DNA of 64,000 nt from Candidatus Multivoradales bacterium (GCA_965248925.1 CBDFLE010000006.1:2842319-2906318); one strand, 5' to 3'; counted from the stretch's first letter, positions 46,411 through 56,800 are shown. Numbers and translations are program-made. The notes: generated by a model from the letters alone, not told the origin.

Positions 46411-47178
46411 TCAAGCTTGCCAACCGTCCAGGGGCGCCCAGCGGCGGTGGTAGAAGACTTGCTCTAGCGACAGCCCCTGGGCCGGGGCGGTGGGGCCGGC
46501 GGCGGTGCGAGGCTGGCCGCTCAGCAGGTGGTCGATCCAGCCCGGCTGCTGCGTTCCGCGACCTACCAACACTATGCTGCCGACCAAGCTGCGCACCATG
46601 CCGCGGAGGAAGCCGTCGCCAAGGAAACTCAGCCGCACTTCACGTCCGACTTCGTCGACGGTGACCGCGAACAGCCGCCTGAAGGGCTGGCCGTGGGAAC
46701 CGCCGGCGAGGGCGAAAGCGGTGAAGTCGTGTCTGCCCACCAACCGCGCCGTCGCGCGCCTCATGGCCGCCACGTCGAGCTGGCGCGGCGCCAGGGCGAC
46801 GAAGGGTTCCACTGGCGCCGGCGCGGCGCGACCACGATACAAACGGTAGATGTACTCCTTGCCCAGCGCCGATTTGCGAGCATTGAAGTTGGCAGGCATC
46901 CGGTGGGCCGCCAGCAGCCGTATGTCCAGAGGTAAATGGTGGTTTGTCGCCAGCACCAGGCCGCGGTAGGGAAAGGTGCGCGGAAGTCGCAGATGGGCGA
47001 TCTGGCCGTGAGCATGGACCCCCGCATCGGTGCGGCCCGCGCCGTGGATGCGAATCGGCTCACCGAGGACCTTTGCCAGCGCTTCTTCGACCACCTGCTG
47101 GATCGCTAGAGCGTTGCTCTGTCGCTGCCAGCCGGCGTAGGCCGTGCCGCGGTATGACAGAGTCAGGCGGCAGACCAT
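46411..47178 (-). CDS. truA: tRNA pseudouridine(38-40) synthase TruA
   Basis: TruA blocks read LTLSYRGTAYAGWQRQ, the catalytic-Asp region HGAGRTDAGVHAHGQI, and DFTAFA...RLFAV...FLRGMVR. ATG at 47178 (M259 of the tracked ORF). The upstream 774 nt of that ORF is a GC-driven read-through overlapping the GT87 gene. Confidence 0.8.
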   Translation of the reverse strand: MVCRLTLSYRGTAYAGWQRQSNALAIQQVVEEALAKVLGEPIRIHGAGRTDAGVHAHGQIAHLRLPRTFPYRGLVLATNHHLPLDIRLLAAHRMPANFNARKSALGKEYIYRLYRGRAAPAPVEPFVALAPRQLDVAAMRRATARLVGRHDFTAFALAGGSHGQPFRRLFAVTVDEVGREVRLSFLGDGFLRGMVRSLVGSIVLVGRGTQQPGWIDHLLSGQPRTAAGPTAPAQGLSLEQVFYHRRWAPLDGWQA

Positions 47179-48575
47179 TTGCTGCCTCGCAGTGAGATGA
47201 AGAAGGGTGCCCAGATCACCAGCCAAAGCCAAGGGAAGAGTTCGATCTCGGTGATCTGGGGCAAGTAAGACAGCTGCACCAGGGCGCTCAATATCAACCA
47301 GGCGCGATGTCGCGCCAGCGCCGCCCAAGGCAGCACCCAGAGGAGGTACCAGGGATAGAGAGTCGCTGTGCAAATCAACACCGCCGCGAAGATCCTGCCG
47401 CTGCCCGCCACCAGGCCACTGCCCCACAGGGCGCGGCCGATCAGCCCGAGTAGCAGCAAGGCCAATAACCCCTTGGCCAGCAGCTGGGGATAGACCCAAG
47501 GGTGGAGTCGGGAGATCTGCTGATGGCGACCAGTGAGCCTTTTCAAGCGGTCGAGGCCGTTCTTGATCCGGCGGTCGGCTTCGATCCGTTCCAGGCCGCG
47601 CCACAGCGGCTCGTAGAGCGCTCCGTTGAATTCCCAGGAGACGCCATAGCGCACCAAGCCGGGAGGAATGCCATCGGTCGAAGCGGCCACCGCTCCGAGA
47701 GTGCCCAGAACCGGCAACAGGGCCGCCAGCAGAAAGAGCGCCGGTCGCCGGCTGAGCAGCGCCCACAGGGGTAAGGCCACCAAAGGGACGAGTTTGGTGA
47801 GAACCCCAGCCGCCGCCGCCAGTCCGCTGATCACCGCCGGTCGCGACTGGCTCAGCAGCCAGCCGGTCCCGACGATCGCCAGAACTCCTAGCCCGTCGAT
47901 GTGGCCCATGCCGGCGACTTCCATGACAACCAGGGGATTCCAGGCATACCAAGCGGTCCGGCCGCTACCGAGCCCCAGGTTGGCGGCCAGGCGGATTAGC
48001 AGCCAGCAGGCGGTGAGTTCGGCAACACAGAGTAGAATCTTGAGGCTTAGGAGGGGTAGCGGCAATATGCTCGACAATCCAAACAAGGCGAGCGCCACCG
48101 GCGGGTAGACCGTTTCGACATCTTTGTGCGGCACCGCTCGCCACAGATCGTCGCGAAGCTCTGCCAGCCGAGGACTTTCGGGAGCTAGCAGATACGGATT
48201 GTGACCCGCTGCCAGCACCCTGCCGTCCCAGGTGTAGCGCAGGATGTCGTCGGACAGTGAAGGCGGTAGGGGAATGAGGAGTAAGCGCAGCAGGGTCGCT
48301 ATCAGCAGCACTTGGGTGGTGTCCAGGCGGTTTTCGAGCCGGCGGACCGCGCGGAACCAAAGCCCGAAAGCCAGCGCCAGCAGGCTGAAGGTCAGCCAGG
48401 GTGTCCGCGCTAGGTCCCAAACCGCGAGCAACGCCGCGTGAACGGCGATCAGAGGAAAGACAACCTGCCACAGCTCCGCGGCCGGCAGGATGGAGGAAGC
48501 TAGCTTCGATGGAAGTGTTATCGACGTGGTTCGAGCCGCTGGCTGCTTTTCTGGGCTGGTTGGAGAGTTGGGCAT
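47163..48575 (-). CDS. Integral-membrane glycosyltransferase, GT87/DUF2029-like (polyprenol-phosphate-mannose-dependent mannosyltransferase-like)
   Basis: Has more than 10 predicted TM helices. The DUF2029-type loop motif reads DILRYTWDGRVLAAGHNPY. The 3' end overlaps the truA start by 16 nt. Start is uncertain: ATG at 48575 would overlap the divergent GT2 start by about 67 nt, and no good internal start was found. Confidence 0.5.
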   Translation of the reverse strand: MPNSPTSPEKQPAARTTSITLPSKLASSILPAAELWQVVFPLIAVHAALLAVWDLARTPWLTFSLLALAFGLWFRAVRRLENRLDTTQVLLIATLLRLLLIPLPPSLSDDILRYTWDGRVLAAGHNPYLLAPESPRLAELRDDLWRAVPHKDVETVYPPVALALFGLSSILPLPLLSLKILLCVAELTACWLLIRLAANLGLGSGRTAWYAWNPLVVMEVAGMGHIDGLGVLAIVGTGWLLSQSRPAVISGLAAAAGVLTKLVPLVALPLWALLSRRPALFLLAALLPVLGTLGAVAASTDGIPPGLVRYGVSWEFNGALYEPLWRGLERIEADRRIKNGLDRLKRLTGRHQQISRLHPWVYPQLLAKGLLALLLLGLIGRALWGSGLVAGSGRIFAAVLICTATLYPWYLLWVLPWAALARHRAWLILSALVQLSYLPQITEIELFPWLWLVIWAPFFISLRGSKWSAA

Positions 48576-50065
48576 TGCCGGGTTCGCTGGTGGCGCCGTG
48601 GATTCTTGGTGCCTATTACGTGATCCTGGGGATCCTGGCTTGCTATGGCGTCCACCGCTTGGTGATGGCCTGGGGCTATTGGCGGACCCGACACTCCACC
48701 CCACCACGACCCGCGAACCCCGACCAATGGCCGTTGGTCACTGTTCAGTTGCCGATTTTCAACGAGATGTTCGTCGCCGGCCGCCTGGTAGACGCGGTCT
48801 GCGCCCTAGACTATCCGCGCGATCGCTTAGAGATCCAGGTTCTCGACGACTCTACCGATGAGACCAGTGAGCTGATCGCCGAGCATGTCGAACGGGCGCG
48901 CCTGCAAGGGGTCAATGTGTTGCACTTGCAGCGCCAAGACCGTCGGGGCTACAAGGCGGGGGCGTTGGAGGAAGGGCTGAGCCAGGCCAGTGGTGAGCTG
49001 GTGGCGATTTTCGACGCCGATTTTGTGCCGCCGGCCGACTACCTACGCAACACCGTGCCGTATTTCGCCGATCCGGAGATCGGCATGGTGCAAGCCCGTT
49101 GGGGTCACCTCAACCGCGATTTCTCCTTGCTCACCCGGGTGCAGGCGATCTTTCTCGATGGCCATTTCGTGGTCGAGCACACCGCTCGTCACCGGGGTGG
49201 CATGTTCTTCAACTTCAATGGCACCGCCGGCATCTGGCGCCGCCAAGCCATCGTTGACGCCGGTGGCTGGGAGCACGACACCCTGACCGAAGATCTCGAT
49301 CTCTCCTACCGCTCGCAGCTGGCCGGTTGGCGTTTCCTCTATTTGCCGGAGCTGGTGGTGCCGGCCGAGCTGCCAATCGAGGTCGCGGCTTACAAGAGTC
49401 AGCAGCACCGTTGGGCCAAGGGTTCGGTGCAGACCGGCCGCAAGCTGTTGGGCCGAGTGCTGCGCGCTCCTCTGCCGTGGAAGGTCAAGCTCGAAGCCTT
49501 TGTCCATCTGACCAACAACTGGAGCTACGCCCTGATGGTGGCGCTGTCGTTGTTGGTCTTTCCAGCGATGTATTTGCGCCGCGGCGATGAGAGCTGGAAG
49601 TTGCTGGTCTTCGATCTGCCATTGTTCATGGCGGCAACGGTGTCGGTGTTGATTTTCTACACTGTCAGCCAGATCGGTGTCGGTGCCGGCTGGCAGCGCC
49701 GGCTGTGGCAGCTGCCGGTGCTGATGGGCATGGGGATCGGCTTGGCGGTCAACAACACCCGAGCGGTGCTTGCCGGCTGTTTCTCGCGCGGCGGGGTCTT
49801 TCACCGCACGCCAAAATCGGGCGCCGAGGGAGCCCTCGCCACCACCGATGCGTCGTCGTCGCGCCGCCGCTACCGGCTGGGCAAGGGGCTGTCGTTCTGG
49901 ATCGAGGGCTTGCTGGCGCTCTACTTCCTGCTCTCCACCGGGCTCGCCATCGACTTGGGCATGTGGCTCTCCCTACCCTTCCTCTATCTCTTCTTGCAGG
50001 GCTACACCTACATGTTCCTGCTCGGCCTACTGCCGACCCGAGGCGCCGCGGTCGAAGCTTCCTGA
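48509..50065 (+). CDS. Processive family-2 glycosyltransferase (cellulose-synthase-like / NodC-like) with N- and C-terminal TM segments
   Basis: ATG at 48509 has GGAGGAAG 8 nt upstream. GT2 motifs read QVLDDSTDE (D,D), FDADF (DxD), the TED region [10 protein letters not shown], and QQHRW (QxxRW). TM helices flank the catalytic domain. Confidence 0.8.
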   Translation: MEVLSTWFEPLAAFLGWLESWALPGSLVAPWILGAYYVILGILACYGVHRLVMAWGYWRTRHSTPPRPANPDQWPLVTVQLPIFNEMFVAGRLVDAVCALDYPRDRLEIQVLDDSTDETSELIAEHVERARLQGVNVLHLQRQDRRGYKAGALEEGLSQASGELVAIFDADFVPPADYLRNTVPYFADPEIGMVQARWGHLNRDFSLLTRVQAIFLDGHFVVEHTARHRGGMFFNFNGTAGIWRRQAIVDAGGWEHDTLTEDLDLSYRSQLAGWRFLYLPELVVPAELPIEVAAYKSQQHRWAKGSVQTGRKLLGRVLRAPLPWKVKLEAFVHLTNNWSYALMVALSLLVFPAMYLRRGDESWKLLVFDLPLFMAATVSVLIFYTVSQIGVGAGWQRRLWQLPVLMGMGIGLAVNNTRAVLAGCFSRGGVFHRTPKSGAEGALATTDASSSRRRYRLGKGLSFWIEGLLALYFLLSTGLAIDLGMWLSLPFLYLFLQGYTYMFLLGLLPTRGAAVEAS

Positions 50066-50087
50066 GCCGGCTGGTGCCCCGCCCGGT

Positions 50088-51008
50088 CTAGTTGACCACC
50101 GGATTCTGTTGCAGGCAGAACCCTTTCAGGTTGGCCGAGAACTTGTCGTTGGCCTTGTACTCGGCACGGGAGGAGCCCCCGAGAAAGCCGTTTTCAGCAT
50201 TCTTGAAGGTGATCTCAAGAGCACCGCCGACGTTGCCGGGGAGCACCAGGTCCTCGGCTTGGCGCTGGAAGGAGAACTCGTCGGTCCAGATGGTGAAGCT
50301 GTTAATCAGCGCGCCGTCTTCACCATACGCCTCGCCTTCGATCGACGGTGGGTCGTTGACGGTGTCCGCGCCGAAGGGAAGATCCTGCATGAAGGTGATT
50401 TCAGTACCGCCGGAGAAGCCGCCGCCGAGCAGAAACCGGGAGCGGGTGCGGTAGCAGAAACCACCGGCATTTAAATTGATCGCCGTACCGCTGGCGGCGA
50501 AATCCTGGTTGGTATTGACTTGAAAGAAGTCCACCGAAATTGGCTGGTTGCTCGTGATTATTGCCCAGCCACGGATAAAGCCATCGCCGTCGGGCGCCGC
50601 TGTGGCATTGCCGTTGAGGTTGATGGCGATCATCTGTCGTGGTGCCAGAATGGGGAGCGCGACGTTTCCTTGAGTGCCTAGCGAATCGACAAGGTGGAGT
50701 ACCAAAGTTGGTGTGTCGGCGGCCTGCCCCTCGTTGCGAATGGTCACGAAAGTCGTTTCGCCGAAGGGATTGGTGGAGTCGATCTTGAAGTGTCCCAGGA
50801 TGTAGAAGGTAGAGGGATTCTCTACCTTGGCGTCGTCCATCGGTCGACTGGCGGTGGGCTGGGAGGGGTCAATGGATGTGGCGTAATGGGGCCGGGCGAG
50901 CTCGGATAGGGGCCCGTTGTGCAGTTGGATGATCACCTCGGCGGTCGCAGACGAGGCGAGGGCCAGGGCGAGTAAGGTGCAAAGGGTGAGGGCCTTGGTT
51001 GCTGTCAT
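50088..51008 (-). CDS. Hypothetical secreted protein
   Basis: ATG at 51008 (M14) has AAGGAG 7 nt upstream. Signal peptide reads LTLCTLLALALASSATA. The mature region is Gly/Asn/Thr-rich and beta-rich, with no recognised family. Confidence 0.5.
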   Translation of the reverse strand: MTATKALTLCTLLALALASSATAEVIIQLHNGPLSELARPHYATSIDPSQPTASRPMDDAKVENPSTFYILGHFKIDSTNPFGETTFVTIRNEGQAADTPTLVLHLVDSLGTQGNVALPILAPRQMIAINLNGNATAAPDGDGFIRGWAIITSNQPISVDFFQVNTNQDFAASGTAINLNAGGFCYRTRSRFLLGGGFSGGTEITFMQDLPFGADTVNDPPSIEGEAYGEDGALINSFTIWTDEFSFQRQAEDLVLPGNVGGALEITFKNAENGFLGGSSRAEYKANDKFSANLKGFCLQQNPVVN

Positions 51009-51135
51009 GCCGAATCTCCTTGAGCGATCGAGTATGGGAAAACACATCCTCTGAATTATAGGCCACCCGGTTGGGCGCGAAGGGCCAAAAAAGGGCTAGT
51101 AGCTTCCGAATTGCGCTGCTCTGTGGGTTGAGACG

Positions 51136-53418
51136 CTAGCGCCGCACCACTTCGAGGTTGGCGTAGCGGGCGATCAACTTACGCCGGCCGACGGTCTCGA
51201 AGAGGACGATCACCCTCAGGTCGTCACCGCTGCCCTCGAGGTGCATCACTTGGCCGGGGCCGAGGTGAGCGTGGCGAACTCGTGAACCACGGCGGATCTG
51301 GCCGCTAGCGTGGTCGGCCTCGTCGGGATCGAAGCTGCTCACCATGGGCCGTGGAGCGGAGGAGGGGGTCCGCGAGGCGCGCCTGCCGGCCGCCGTGGCG
51401 GATGAGGTTCGGCCGCCAGCGGAATGGCTGAAGAAGTCGTAGACCGCTGAGTTGTTTTCGCGGTGGTCGAGTTCTCGGCTGAGCTCCTGGTCGAGAAACT
51501 CTTCGGGAATCTCGGCCAGGAAGGGCGATTCGTTTTGATCTTGATAGCGGCCGGCGATGCGGCGGCGACGGCAAGCGGTGAGGACCAGGCGCTTCTCAGC
51601 GCGGGTCATGCCGACGTAGAGCAGGCGGCGCTCTTCTTCGAGGTCTTCGTCGCTGGCCTGGGCGTTGAAATGTGGCAACAGGCCCTCTTCCAAACCGCTG
51701 ACGGCGCAAACGGCGAATTCCAGCCCCTTGGCGCTGTGCAGGGTCATCAGCGACACGCCGCGCTCTTGCTGCAAGTTGTCGAGATCGCTCGACAGCGAGA
51801 CCTGATCGAGAAAGGCGGTCAGCAGATCGTCGTCGTCACTGCCGTAGGCGTTGGCCTCGGTGAATTCCTGGGCGGCAGAGACGAATTCCTGGATGTTCTC
51901 CAGCCGGGCCTGACTGTCGGCGTCGCGTTTGGCGAACTGTTCGCTGTAGCCGGTGGCCTCGATCACCTGCCGCAGCAAGGCCGCCAGCGGCAGGCCGTCG
52001 GTCTCTTCTGCCAGCTGCAGGATCATGTCGCGGAACTTGAGTAGGGCGTTCTTGCTGCGGGCGGCGATGCCGGGCAGGTCCTCGTCCAACAGCAGCTGCC
52101 AGGGCGAACGCTCGCTGGCTTCGGCGTGGTCGTAGAGCCGATCTTGGGTGGTTTTGCCGATGCCGCGAGCCGGGCGGTTGAGAATCCGCCCCAGCGAGTG
52201 CGGATCATGCAAGTTGCGCAGCAGGCGCAGGTAGGAGATCAGATCTTTGATCTCGGCGCGCTCGTAGAAGCGTACTCCGCCGACCAGGGTGTAGGGCATG
52301 CGGCGCCGTAGCAGCTCGTCTTCGAGAGCACGGGTCTGGGCGTTGGTGCGGACCAGGATGGCCATGTGCTCGAGTTTGAACTTGGGCTGCAAGGCGCTCA
52401 GGGTGCCGGTCAACCAGCGGGCTTCGTCGCGCTCGTCGGCGGCGCGGTAGAGGGCGATCTTGTCGCCGGCGCCGGCATCGGTCCACAGTTTCTTGCCCCG
52501 CCGCCCGCGGTTGTTGGCGATCAAGGCGCCGGAAGCGTCGAGAATGTTCTGGGTCGAGCGGTAGTTGCGCTCCAGCTTGTAGATTCGCGGGTCGCTGAAT
52601 TTGTTCTCGAAGTGGAGGATGTTCGACAGCTCGGCGCCGCGCCAGCGGTAGATCCCCTGATCCTCGTCGCCGACCGCCATGAGGTTGCCATCCTTGCCTG
52701 CCAGCAGGCTAATCAGCCGTAGCTGAGCATGGTTGGTGTCTTGAAACTCATCGACCAACAAGTAGCGGGCGCGCTGGCGGATGCGTTCGCAGAGTTCGCT
52801 GTCGCTCTCTAGCAGCTTGACGGTCAGGGAAATCATGTCGTCGAAGTCGACGCCGCTGGCTTGCCGCACTGCTGCTTGATAGCGTTTGTAGATGCTTGCC
52901 ACCTTGCGGCGGAAGTAGTCGTTAGCGCGGCGTTCGTATTCGGCCGGTCCGAGCAGCTTGTTCTTCGCTCCGCTGATCGCCGCCAGCACTGCCTGGGGTC
53001 GGAAGGCGCTCTCGTCGACCTCCTCTTTCTTGAGCGCCTTCTTGATCAGCTCTTGTTGGTCGCGGCTGTCGAGAATGACAAAATCGTGGCGTAGTCCAAC
53101 CCGCTCGCCATAGCGCCGCAGCAGACGCAAGGCGTAGCGATGAAAAGTACCAACAAAGGTGTCGAGGGGGTAACGGGCGACCAGTTCCTCGACCCGCTCG
53201 CGCATCTCGCCCGCCGCTTTATTGGTGAAGGTGACAGCGGTAATCTGCCATGGGTCAACCCCGCATTCTCTGATCAGCCAGGCGATGCGGTAGGTAATCA
53301 CCCGGGTCTTGCCGGAGCCGGCACCGGCGATCACCAGCTGCGGTCCCTCGCCGTGGACCACTGCGGCATATTGATCCGGATTGAGCTGGTTTTTGAAATC
53401 GATGGCGGTCGTGGGCAT
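51136..53418 (-). CDS. uvrD: ATP-dependent DNA helicase, UvrD/PcrA/Rep family
   Basis: ATG at 53418 (M38). Motif I reads AGAGSGKTRVITYRIAWLI, Ia TAVTFTNKAAGEMRERV, II YLLVDEFQDTN, and VI VGMTRAEKRL. A C-terminal extension has a Tudor/SH3-like end. Confidence 0.85.
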   Translation of the reverse strand: MPTTAIDFKNQLNPDQYAAVVHGEGPQLVIAGAGSGKTRVITYRIAWLIRECGVDPWQITAVTFTNKAAGEMRERVEELVARYPLDTFVGTFHRYALRLLRRYGERVGLRHDFVILDSRDQQELIKKALKKEEVDESAFRPQAVLAAISGAKNKLLGPAEYERRANDYFRRKVASIYKRYQAAVRQASGVDFDDMISLTVKLLESDSELCERIRQRARYLLVDEFQDTNHAQLRLISLLAGKDGNLMAVGDEDQGIYRWRGAELSNILHFENKFSDPRIYKLERNYRSTQNILDASGALIANNRGRRGKKLWTDAGAGDKIALYRAADERDEARWLTGTLSALQPKFKLEHMAILVRTNAQTRALEDELLRRRMPYTLVGGVRFYERAEIKDLISYLRLLRNLHDPHSLGRILNRPARGIGKTTQDRLYDHAEASERSPWQLLLDEDLPGIAARSKNALLKFRDMILQLAEETDGLPLAALLRQVIEATGYSEQFAKRDADSQARLENIQEFVSAAQEFTEANAYGSDDDDLLTAFLDQVSLSSDLDNLQQERGVSLMTLHSAKGLEFAVCAVSGLEEGLLPHFNAQASDEDLEEERRLLYVGMTRAEKRLVLTACRRRRIAGRYQDQNESPFLAEIPEEFLDQELSRELDHRENNSAVYDFFSHSAGGRTSSATAAGRRASRTPSSAPRPMVSSFDPDEADHASGQIRRGSRVRHAHLGPGQVMHLEGSGDDLRVIVLFETVGRRKLIARYANLEVVRR

Positions 53419-53477
53419 ATGAAGCTGGGCTCGAAGGGGTAAAGGGTTGCAGGCAGAGGTCGGAGCGGCCAAGCTGG

Positions 53478-55301
53478 CTACTCGACGGTGACACTCTTGG
53501 CCAGGTTGCGCGGTTGGTCCACATCGCATCCGCGACGCACGCCGATGTAATAGGCCAGTAGTTGCAGCGGCACGACGTTGACAATCGGCTGCAGCAGCCG
53601 GTCGATCCGCGGCACGCGGATGATGTCGTCGGCCAAGTTGCCGAGGTCTTCGGGGTCGCGGTCGGTCAGCGCGATGATCTTGCCGTCGCGGGCCTTGACC
53701 TCGCTCATGTTGGCAATGACCTTGTCGGATACCCGCAGGCCGGTGGCGATGGCCACCACCGGTAGATCTTCGTCGATCAACGCGATCGGTCCATGCTTCA
53801 TCTCGCCGGCGGGATAGCCCTCGGCATGAATATAGGAAATTTCCTTCAGTTTCAACGCGCCTTCCAGCGCGATCGGGTAGTTGACGCCGCGACCCAGATA
53901 AAGGAAATCTTCGGCGCGGGCGTAGCGCTTGGCCAGCTCCTGGATGTGGGCCTCCTGCTCGAGGGCCTCGTTCAGTGCCAGCGGCAAGTGGGCCAGGCCC
54001 TCGAGGTGGGCAGCTTCAATCGGTAGGCCGCGAGCTTGCCGCAAGTAGAGGGCTAGCAAGTAGAGGGCTTCGAGCTGAGTGGTGAACGCCTTGGTGGAGG
54101 CGACCCCGATCTCTGGCCCGGCGTGGGTGTGAATCACCCCTTCGCTGATCCGTGTCGCCTGGCTGCCGGCCACATTGCAGACCGCCAGCAGGCGGCCGCC
54201 CCGCTCTTTGGCGATCTCCATGGCCGACAGAGTGTCGGCGGTCTCGCCGCTCTGGGTGATGCCCACCGCCAGCACGTCGCCATCGACGATCGGGTCGCGG
54301 TAGCGGTACTCCGAGCCGTAGTCGACCTCGACCGGAATGCGCACCAGGGTCTCGATCATGAATTTGCCGACCAGTGCCGCGTGCCAGGAGGTCCCGCAAG
54401 CCAGCAGGTGCAGGCGCCGGACGTGGGCCAGATCTCGGCTGGCGATACCGCAATCGTCCAACCTGACGGTGCCGCGCTCGAAGTCGACCCGGCCGGCCAG
54501 GGTGTCTTGTATCGCCTGCGGTTGCTCGTGGATCTCTTTGAGCATGAAGTGCTTGTAGCCACCCTTCTCGATCTGTACCAAGTCCCAATTGAGCCGGTGG
54601 GTCTGGCGCTCTACCGGTTGGCCGGCGCCGTCGAGCACTCGCACGCCGTCGGCCTTGAGCTGGGCCAGGTCGCCGTTTTCGAGGAAGATCACCTCACGGG
54701 TGTGGGCGAGCACAGCGGCGGCGTCTGAGGCCAGGAGCTGCTCTCCTTCGCCCAGGCCGAGCAACAGCGGCGGCCCCTGGCGCACGGCGATGATCTCGCG
54801 TTCGGTCGACTCGATGCTGATGGCGGCGAGGGCGTAGAGGCCGTCGAGCTCGGCCACCGTGCGACGCACGGCGGCTTCGAGATCGTCCTCCAGATAGGAG
54901 GAGATCAAGTTAGCCACCACTTCGGTATCGGTGTCGGTGGAGAATTGCCAACCCTCGGCGAGCAAGCGGCGCTTGAGGGGCAGGTAGTTCTCGATGATGC
55001 CGTTGTGGATCAGCGCCACCCGGCGGCGGCTGTCGAGCACCGGGTGGGCGTTCTTCTCGACCGGCGGGCCATGGGTGGCCCAGCGGGTGTGGCCCAGGCC
55101 GTAGGAGCCGCTGAGTGGAGTCTCCACCAATCGCTGCCGCAGCTCGCTCAGCTTGCCCGCCGCCTTGACCGCGGCCAGCTTGCCGTCACGAACGACCACC
55201 ACGCCGGCCGAGTCATAACCCCGGTACTCGAGTCGTTCGAGACCATCCATCAACAAGCGAACCACCTCGCGATGGCCCACGTAACCGACGATTCCACACA
55301 T
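53478..55301 (-). CDS. glmS: Glutamine--fructose-6-phosphate aminotransferase (isomerizing)
   Basis: The N-terminus begins MCGIVGYVGH, with the catalytic Cys at position 2. Two SIS domains are present (LACGTSWHA, ...). The C-terminus is KSVTVE. 607 aa. Confidence 0.95.
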   Translation of the reverse strand: MCGIVGYVGHREVVRLLMDGLERLEYRGYDSAGVVVVRDGKLAAVKAAGKLSELRQRLVETPLSGSYGLGHTRWATHGPPVEKNAHPVLDSRRRVALIHNGIIENYLPLKRRLLAEGWQFSTDTDTEVVANLISSYLEDDLEAAVRRTVAELDGLYALAAISIESTEREIIAVRQGPPLLLGLGEGEQLLASDAAAVLAHTREVIFLENGDLAQLKADGVRVLDGAGQPVERQTHRLNWDLVQIEKGGYKHFMLKEIHEQPQAIQDTLAGRVDFERGTVRLDDCGIASRDLAHVRRLHLLACGTSWHAALVGKFMIETLVRIPVEVDYGSEYRYRDPIVDGDVLAVGITQSGETADTLSAMEIAKERGGRLLAVCNVAGSQATRISEGVIHTHAGPEIGVASTKAFTTQLEALYLLALYLRQARGLPIEAAHLEGLAHLPLALNEALEQEAHIQELAKRYARAEDFLYLGRGVNYPIALEGALKLKEISYIHAEGYPAGEMKHGPIALIDEDLPVVAIATGLRVSDKVIANMSEVKARDGKIIALTDRDPEDLGNLADDIIRVPRIDRLLQPIVNVVPLQLLAYYIGVRRGCDVDQPRNLAKSVTVE

Positions 55302-55333
55302 ATCGGAAGTCCTCGTAGGGCTGGTCGGCTGCG

Positions 55334-56740
55334 CTAGTCCCGGCGCTGGTCCCGGCGCTTGCGGCTCGCCCAATCTTCGATGTTGCGCTGCCGGGCGCGG
55401 CCAACGCCGAGGGCACCCGGCGGCACGTTCTGGGTGATCGTCGAGCCGGCGGCGGTGGTGGCTCCAGCACCGACCTCGACCGGTGCCACCAGCATAGTGT
55501 CGCTGCCGACGAAGGCACCGGCGCCGATTTCGGTGCGATGTTTGTTCTTGCCGTCGTAGTTGCAGGTCACCACTCCGGCACCGATGTTGGCGCCGGCGCC
55601 AACTGTGGCATCGCCCAGGTAGGTCAGGTGGCTGGTCTTGCTGCCCGCCCCCAGGGTGGTTTTCTTGAGTTCGACGAAATTGCCCACCTTGCTGCCCTCG
55701 CCAAGCACGGTGGCCGGTCGCAACCGGGCGAAGGGCCCGACGCTGGCCGCCTTGCCGACCCGCGCGCCATCGAGCACGCTGTAGGGTTCAATGCGGACGC
55801 CATCACCGATCTCGCTGTTCCGAGCCCAGACTCCTTGTTCGAGAATACAGCCTCGGCCGACACGGGTGCTGCCGGTCAGTGTTACGCCGGCGTGCAAGAT
55901 GGTGTCGGCGGCGACTTCGACCCCTGGCTCGACTACTGTACGTGTGGGTTCCAAGATGGTGACGCCGCGGGCCATCAATCGGTTCAGATGGCGTTCGATC
56001 AGCGCTCGGTGAGCGATCGCCAGATCGCGGCGATTGTTGACCCCGAAGGCCTCGTTGGAGTCTTCCAGTTCGACCAACTCGACCCCAGCCGCGCAGCTGG
56101 CGGCCAGCGAGCCGACCGCGTCGGTCAGGTACAGCTCACCTTGGGCGTTGCTCGGCTGCAGTCGGTGCAGCTGCTCGAAGATCGGTCCCGCGGGTAGGGC
56201 GTAGATGCCAGCGTTGACGGTATCGATGGCCAACTCTTCGGCGCTGGCGTCGGCAGCCTCGACGATGCGCTGCAAGCGGCCGTCGCGGGTGCTGAGCACC
56301 CGGCCCAGCGAGCCGGGGCAGGCGAGGTGGGCGACGGCCAGGGCACCCCCTTGGGATCCCGCGGCGGCGGCCAGCCGCTCGAGGGTTTGGGGGCGTACCA
56401 AGGGCACGTCCCCAGAGAGCACCAGCAGAGTGTCTTCAGCCGTCACGTGAGGCTCGGTCTGAGCTACCGCGTGGCCGGTGCCGAGCTGCTGGCGCTGCTC
56501 GACCCAGAGCAAATCATGGGCGTCCTTGAACTGCTCGCGGACCTGATCGGCGCCATGGCCGACGATGACCAGGATCTTCTCACAGCCGGCTTGCCGGGCA
56601 GCTTCGATCACCCAGGCGAGCAGCGGCCGGCCGCCGACCTGGTGGAGAATCTTGGGGCTCTCCGAGAGCATCCGTGTTCCCTTGCCGGCGGCCAAGATAG
56701 CGGCGATACGGCGACCGCGGGAACTCTGGCCAGGTGTCAT
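55334..56740 (-). CDS. glmU: Bifunctional UDP-N-acetylglucosamine pyrophosphorylase / glucosamine-1-phosphate N-acetyltransferase
   Basis: The N-terminal nucleotidyltransferase domain reads AAILAAGKGTRM. The C-terminal left-handed beta-helix shows hexapeptide repeats (VGAGANIGAGVVTCNYDGKNKHRTEIG). The glmU-glmS gene order is conserved. Confidence 0.9.
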   Translation of the reverse strand: MTPGQSSRGRRIAAILAAGKGTRMLSESPKILHQVGGRPLLAWVIEAARQAGCEKILVIVGHGADQVREQFKDAHDLLWVEQRQQLGTGHAVAQTEPHVTAEDTLLVLSGDVPLVRPQTLERLAAAAGSQGGALAVAHLACPGSLGRVLSTRDGRLQRIVEAADASAEELAIDTVNAGIYALPAGPIFEQLHRLQPSNAQGELYLTDAVGSLAASCAAGVELVELEDSNEAFGVNNRRDLAIAHRALIERHLNRLMARGVTILEPTRTVVEPGVEVAADTILHAGVTLTGSTRVGRGCILEQGVWARNSEIGDGVRIEPYSVLDGARVGKAASVGPFARLRPATVLGEGSKVGNFVELKKTTLGAGSKTSHLTYLGDATVGAGANIGAGVVTCNYDGKNKHRTEIGAGAFVGSDTMLVAPVEVGAGATTAAGSTITQNVPPGALGVGRARQRNIEDWASRKRRDQRRD

Positions 56741-56800
56741 TCGTGGCTCCTGCTTGGAGAGCCCGATCGCCTTGACCGTCGGGCATGCAGCCCGCGGTTC

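Noticed and set aside
46411-47952. The 513-aa version of the truA ORF.
   Set aside because: Only the C-terminal 255 aa (from ATG 47178) show TruA motifs. The upstream 258 aa are Gly/Arg-rich read-through and overlap the GT87 gene in another frame.
53400-53480. A glmS ribozyme or leader element upstream of glmS.
   Set aside because: glmS ribozymes are a Gram-positive feature. The 60-nt uvrD-glmS interval shows no conserved ribozyme core.
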